Shown here piece by piece: positions 59,601 to 64,000 of a stretch of DNA of 64,000 nucleotides. The notes under the pieces were generated by a model. It was not told the origin of the DNA, did not search any database, and saw only the letters and a program-made list of their open reading frames with translations. This DNA is from Klebsormidium nitens (Eukaryota > Plantae > Klebsormidiophyceae). Location: contig DF237195.1 of NCBI GenBank assembly GCA_000708835.1, positions 59,209 through 123,208 on the forward strand, written 5' to 3'. Both the position numbers and the translations under genes were made by a program. Each line of letters begins with the position of its first letter. Position 1 is the first letter of the stretch.

Positions 59601-61477
59601 GATCGCCGTCGTTTTGCCGACTCCCGGGGGGCCCATGAGCAGAATCGATGCGCCGGTGGAGACCAGATCCCGTACCTGATGGAGGTTAATTCTACATAAA
59701 TGGTCCACTTGCGTTTGTTGTTCTTGATATGGATAGTCCAGCAACACGCAGTTCATCGGAAGGAGTCTGCGGACTGGCACACAGGCCCGTAAAGACTTCT
59801 GAAATATCAGGTTCGTTACTCTTTTTGAGACGAGTTGCTACAAGCAAAGCACAGCCAGACTCAACGTTCTGTTTGCTGCTGCTGCGCAGTGAAGCCCACG
59901 ATTCACACCGAAGCAACCTAGAAAAGGGGGCTGGAAACAACGGACAACCTCAAACGATGTTCCAACAACGTTGCGGATCGCCCGCTACAATGGATCTGGG
60001 CCGTGAAACAGCGACAACAACACATGCTCTGCCCCCTGTGCTGCGATTAGACTGAATGCGAGCGAGCCCCGGCATACTGACGTTCCAAACCCCTCTAAGA
60101 GAGAGGGGATATTGTAATGACCGATAGAAGCAAAGGAGACCCCCGCACCATTTCGGCGCTCCCTGGTATGGCCCGCCCGACTCTGCAAGTGAGGCCCACG
60201 ATGCGCCCCGAGCGGCTCCGAATGGCGCTCACACGGTGCAGCGTGCGGTCAATGCCCGCGCGGTTGTCGCCCCCAAACAGCCCCACCTGCGTCAAAAACC
60301 GCAGAGTTTCAGCAGAGTCCCAAAAGTGCAGGGTCTCGGCAGAGTCTCATGACTGCGGAGTTTCAGCAGAGTCCCAGGACACTGGAAACGATTCTTAGGA
60401 TGGTACAATGTCGAATCTGCAAGTCCGGTAGATCCTACTTAGTGCCCTGAGAAAACACAAGCGGGGTCGGGCTCGGAAGCTTAAGAGAACTATCATTAGC
60501 GACGCTGGATGGATTGAAAAGAAGCATATGATCAAGCCTGGGTTTGGGAGTTCAGCCCGAGAGCAGCGTCTGGCGCTGCCACTCCACGCACTTCACAATT
60601 GGGAGCATCTAACGTGGACCCAGAAAAACTATGTCAATGCGTGCCGGTGAACGTTCCCGGCAAGTAAGAAAACGGGCGGCGGGCATAAAATGCAGGACGA
60701 TGAGAAGAGGAAGGAGCGCGGTAGGAATTATTTCAGGGGAAGGGCTAAATGACATACCTTTCCTACGGCCAACTCAATGTCCTTCGCTGTGACACTATCC
60801 TCCGATAGGAACACGTCTCCGCTCGGAAAGCGTGCCATTGGCCGCCTGCCCAAGTCCAGCACGATCTCCACCAGTGCGTCCCGCTCCGGATGTTCCTCCA
60901 CTCTAGTTCTGATTGTTCCAGGCAACAGATCTAGAAGCTGGCTCAACTCTTCTTCGGGGTTGGGATTCAGGGTTTTGCGGTCTCCTGATATCACTTCAGA
61001 GCTCAGAGACGCTTGGAGTGTTGAAGTGGTGGAGTGAGAAAATGAAAGCGAAGGCAGATGGGAGGATTTTAGCGCTTTACGAGGGGCTAATATGGGCTTC
61101 TTTCGGTGTTCCAAGCCATGAACCGGGAAAGAATATTCTGACGAGCGGATGCGCAGCGCTGAGAAACTGCTTTTCATTGATCTTCTGAGAAACCCTCCTC
61201 TCTGCCGACTGTCAATCTGACTAATTGTACCTACGGGACTTTCACTTTTTGAGTTGCGCTGCCACTCGTTCTGCGATGAGTTTCTTCCGAAAAACCGCGC
61301 TTGGCCACACCTAAGCGTGCCTCCCCACTCGCAGTGCTGGGCGGGGGACAACTGCATCCGTAGCCCAAACTCTAGCGATTCACTTTCCGAAGAACCAGTC
61401 TGCGAGCGACACCTGTGCGCAGCAGTCATCCGCAAAGGGGGCTGACTCGGCAGCACCCCAACCGCCTGCGACCCCAT
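53614..61477 (-). CDS. SPD1: SEEDLING PLASTID DEVELOPMENT 1 / ycf45-like P-loop NTPase (SpoIIIAA-like)
   Basis: Exons 61477-60758, 60286-60149, 59675-59448, 59011-58820, 58211-58073, 57587-57400, 57009-56863, 56320-56144, 55697-55512, 54705-54616 and 54195-53614, phases consistent with one GC-AG intron. Motifs [43 protein letters not shown] (Walker A), [18 protein letters not shown] (Walker B), GTAHG, NPSL, and a long C-terminal extension typical of the plant SPD1 type. Confidence 0.92.
60299..60379. repeat. Intronic minisatellite, 3 x 27 bp
   Basis: ccgcagagtttcagcagagtcccaaaa / gtgcagggtctcggcagagtctcatga / ctgcggagtttcagcagagtcccagga, directly upstream of the acceptor of SPD1 exon 2. Confidence 0.85.
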
Positions 61478-62663
61478 CGCTCGCGTGCGGAAAACTCTGG
61501 CGATATGTGAGCGGCCGATTCTAGATGCTGCAGCGCTCCCAGATCAAGATGCAATGCTGATATGGCAGCTCGTCGCGCTTGTTCTGACAGCTTCCTTGGA
61601 TGCCCTTGATCAAGGGCCAGGCTGCCCTCAGCAGCACACCTGACACCGGTTTAGGACCAAGCTAGCTTCTTCCGAGAGCCCTGGGAAAACAGTAAGGAAA
61701 TATGTGTTCAGCGCTAGAAATCAGTAGGATCAGAGCGGAAGTGGAAGCCCTGAAGCTGAAGGGCGGCCGCGATCGCAAGCGGCAGGCGGCCGCGGACGTG
61801 GCCGACAGACCCTAGCCGCGGCGCCGCAAGTTAACCAAGAGAACTAGAGCGATGAGATATCGTAGAGCCGGCACAGGGTTTGCGAATCCTCAAGAATGTA
61901 CATATGCCAGCCACGTGGCACATGGGACAAAAGAAGTAAATGCGAAGGGCGCGGCGGCCTGCACTCGGGATTCTGTATGCGTGTCAGCCTCAAAGAAGCC
62001 CTCAGTGCGGCTGCGCAATCATGGAACAGTGTCTATGCAGGGACTGGTCGCACACAGGACCACGTGCTACGGGAATGATGGCGGTGACAGGTGTCGTGCT
62101 CACCAGCTTCGGAAATTGCCCCCCAGGCTGTCAAACCGATGACCCTTTCCTCTTCTTCAAGTTCTTGGCCGACTGCAGTGTGCACAGTGATATGAAGAGG
62201 GCACAGCCCTGGAAGCCGATATTGCGCTAATCTTACACTACCTATTACTACCTTCTGTCGTCGGACAATTTCAGCTGAATCACTTTGAACCGGGAGGACT
62301 CTTTTGCTGCACGTTTATACAGTAGGCATCTTAAGACTTCTGCACTTGGTGGTCAAACTCTTCCTGCTACAACCTATCAAAGCTACAGCGGTGATGCATT
62401 TGAAGATCGTCATCTGAGGACTCCCTCCGAACCCGAAGCAGGCGCTTTAGAGATGCTACCGTAAGCTCTCTCCCTGCTTGCGAGGGTAGGGCCGTCAGCT
62501 CAACGGTTCATCCCCTTGCGATTCCTAACAAGACTATCTACCAGATTAGGTTGCGGCATCCTGCTCCTTTTCGCCCCACTACCCCAAGCAGCTCATTCCC
62601 TCTTCTTTGTGAAAGCTTGTCAAAATCTCAAACCAGTTGTTACAATCACCAGCAACCAGTAAC

Positions 62664-62817
62664 ATGGCGACAGCTGGCAGCTACGCCCCCACCCCCGACA
62701 GCTCAACTCGGAGTGGCGCCCAGTACATCAAAGAAGGCGCGTCGCAGGCACCGTATGGGATCGACATTCCCCCCACCCCGGTCGACGAGCCATCCTACTC
62801 CCCTCATAAGGCCGACC
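62664..62817 (+). CDS. Probable first coding exon of a gene continuing beyond the resolvable region
   Basis: ATG in aacATGG context, MATAGSYAPTPDSSTRSGAQYIKEGASQAPYGIDIPPTPVDEPSYSPHKAD, then a strong gtatgt donor. Divergent from SPD1. No downstream exon identified. Confidence 0.35.
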
Positions 62818-64000
62818 GTATGTTTGAAGACGACAAGTCAGGTGACTCAGAATGTGCACATGTTTCACTGTGAAAGATCGTTTTTAACAGTGCTCGATAT
62901 CCCACAGATTGTAATGCATTTGGGCTTTGTCTTTGCGCTCAGGTCCGGGACGTCACTTGACTGTCAGGGTCTCTTAATTGATGATAGTCATCACGAATGC
63001 GTGGGTTTGAGATGATCTTGCCGCCTCCAATCGGGGGGTGTACATGCAGAATCCTCTTTGTGTTTAAACTGGGTCTTACGCACCCTCAGGGGCTCGCTCC
63101 ATGAGATCTATTTTGGTGACCTGGAACTTCACTCTTTTTCCCTTTTTTCCCGTTTGCCCCTTTGCGCCCCCCCACCTCCCCCCCCCCAATCCTCCATGCC
63201 TCGGGGGAATCACATTTGAGGGGCAGCTCACTGTTAATGGAGCATGGAAATAGGCAAGCAATGCACTTAGAACAATGTTTGGCCTCTTGTCTCACCATTT
63301 GAGTACCTCCACCTTCAACCTTATCCACTTGATCAAGGCAGGATGGCGTTGAATGGTGCTTCAGGCTAGAGATGCTGAGGGCTCTGCCTCTGCGGTGGCG
63401 CATTTGTATTTGTATAAGCTGGTCAGGCTTCAAAATCTGACCGTACAAGCATTTGCTTCTCAGAGGGGGCCATTCAAAAAGCTTGAGCAAGTTGTCTCTC
63501 CTCGTGTTTCCAGACCCTAGAACCACTAATACTTCCATCTCTTCCAGGAAGTTTGGACTGGGAGGGATCCTCTTGACATCTCAAACGTCAAGCTACGATC
63601 AATCTGGTGACTCAGAACTAGATCCGGTGATCTCTACAGATAACGCTCTACTAATATCGTTATATTGCCAAAACAGAGCTGATGCATTTGGACTCCCAAA
63701 GTGGGTTGGCTTAGTAGCTCTTACCAGTTGCATTGAGAAGCGAGGATTACTCGATGTACCTCTGTCACCTCCCCTAATCTCTTCAAGAATTTTCTAGAAG
63801 ACATGCAGAATCCAAATTGCAAGACCACAAATGCACAAATGGGTAAATTCAGCCGCCTCATGGGTCCAGAAACTCTGTCACTCCATAAGTCCTCTGGTCA
63901 ATGCAGCAGGGACTCCCCCGTTCCGGATCCAGTTTTATGCGAATCTGGTCAAACTATGAGCTTGTAGGAAAGTTAAGGTGACAAATCGAATCCCCCTTGT

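Noticed and set aside
63050-64000. Retrotransposon reverse transcriptase or integrase remnant
   Set aside because: No RT, integrase or gag motif found in any frame; short ORFs only.

Overview
Eukaryotic nuclear DNA with GT-AG introns and GC-rich third codon positions. The genes are streptophyte-type, and the composition suggests a charophyte green alga such as Klebsormidium (inference, not verified). Three conserved genes were rebuilt exon by exon with consistent intron phases: NEF1 (6251-15993 +), a fibrillin of the FBN9 type (49639-52376 -) and an SPD1/ycf45-type plastid NTPase (53614-61477 -). A ferric-reductase/NADPH-oxidase-family flavocytochrome (18368-22985 +) was rebuilt the same way. 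Accessory content: (i) three paralogous Agenet/Tudor genes, one at 546-5167 (-) and a head-to-head pair at 31833-39332 (-) and 40241-45834 (+), which share an unrecognised helical 'GWxP' repeat domain; (ii) two tandem secreted Pro/Thr/Ser-rich proteins (25097-30373 +); (iii) a hidden 9-exon minus-strand reading frame (23409-25767) interleaved with the first of those two genes and not visible as one ORF in the track; (iv) about 13 decayed copies of exon-intron junctions inside NEF1 introns; (v) an intron-containing tRNA-Ala(UGC) whose intron appears to sit at 36/37 (or which has U37), enclosed by GC-rich inverted repeats; (vi) a 1-kb CACTA-like non-autonomous element carrying a tRNA-like Pol III cassette. 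All calls were made by eye, with no database searches.
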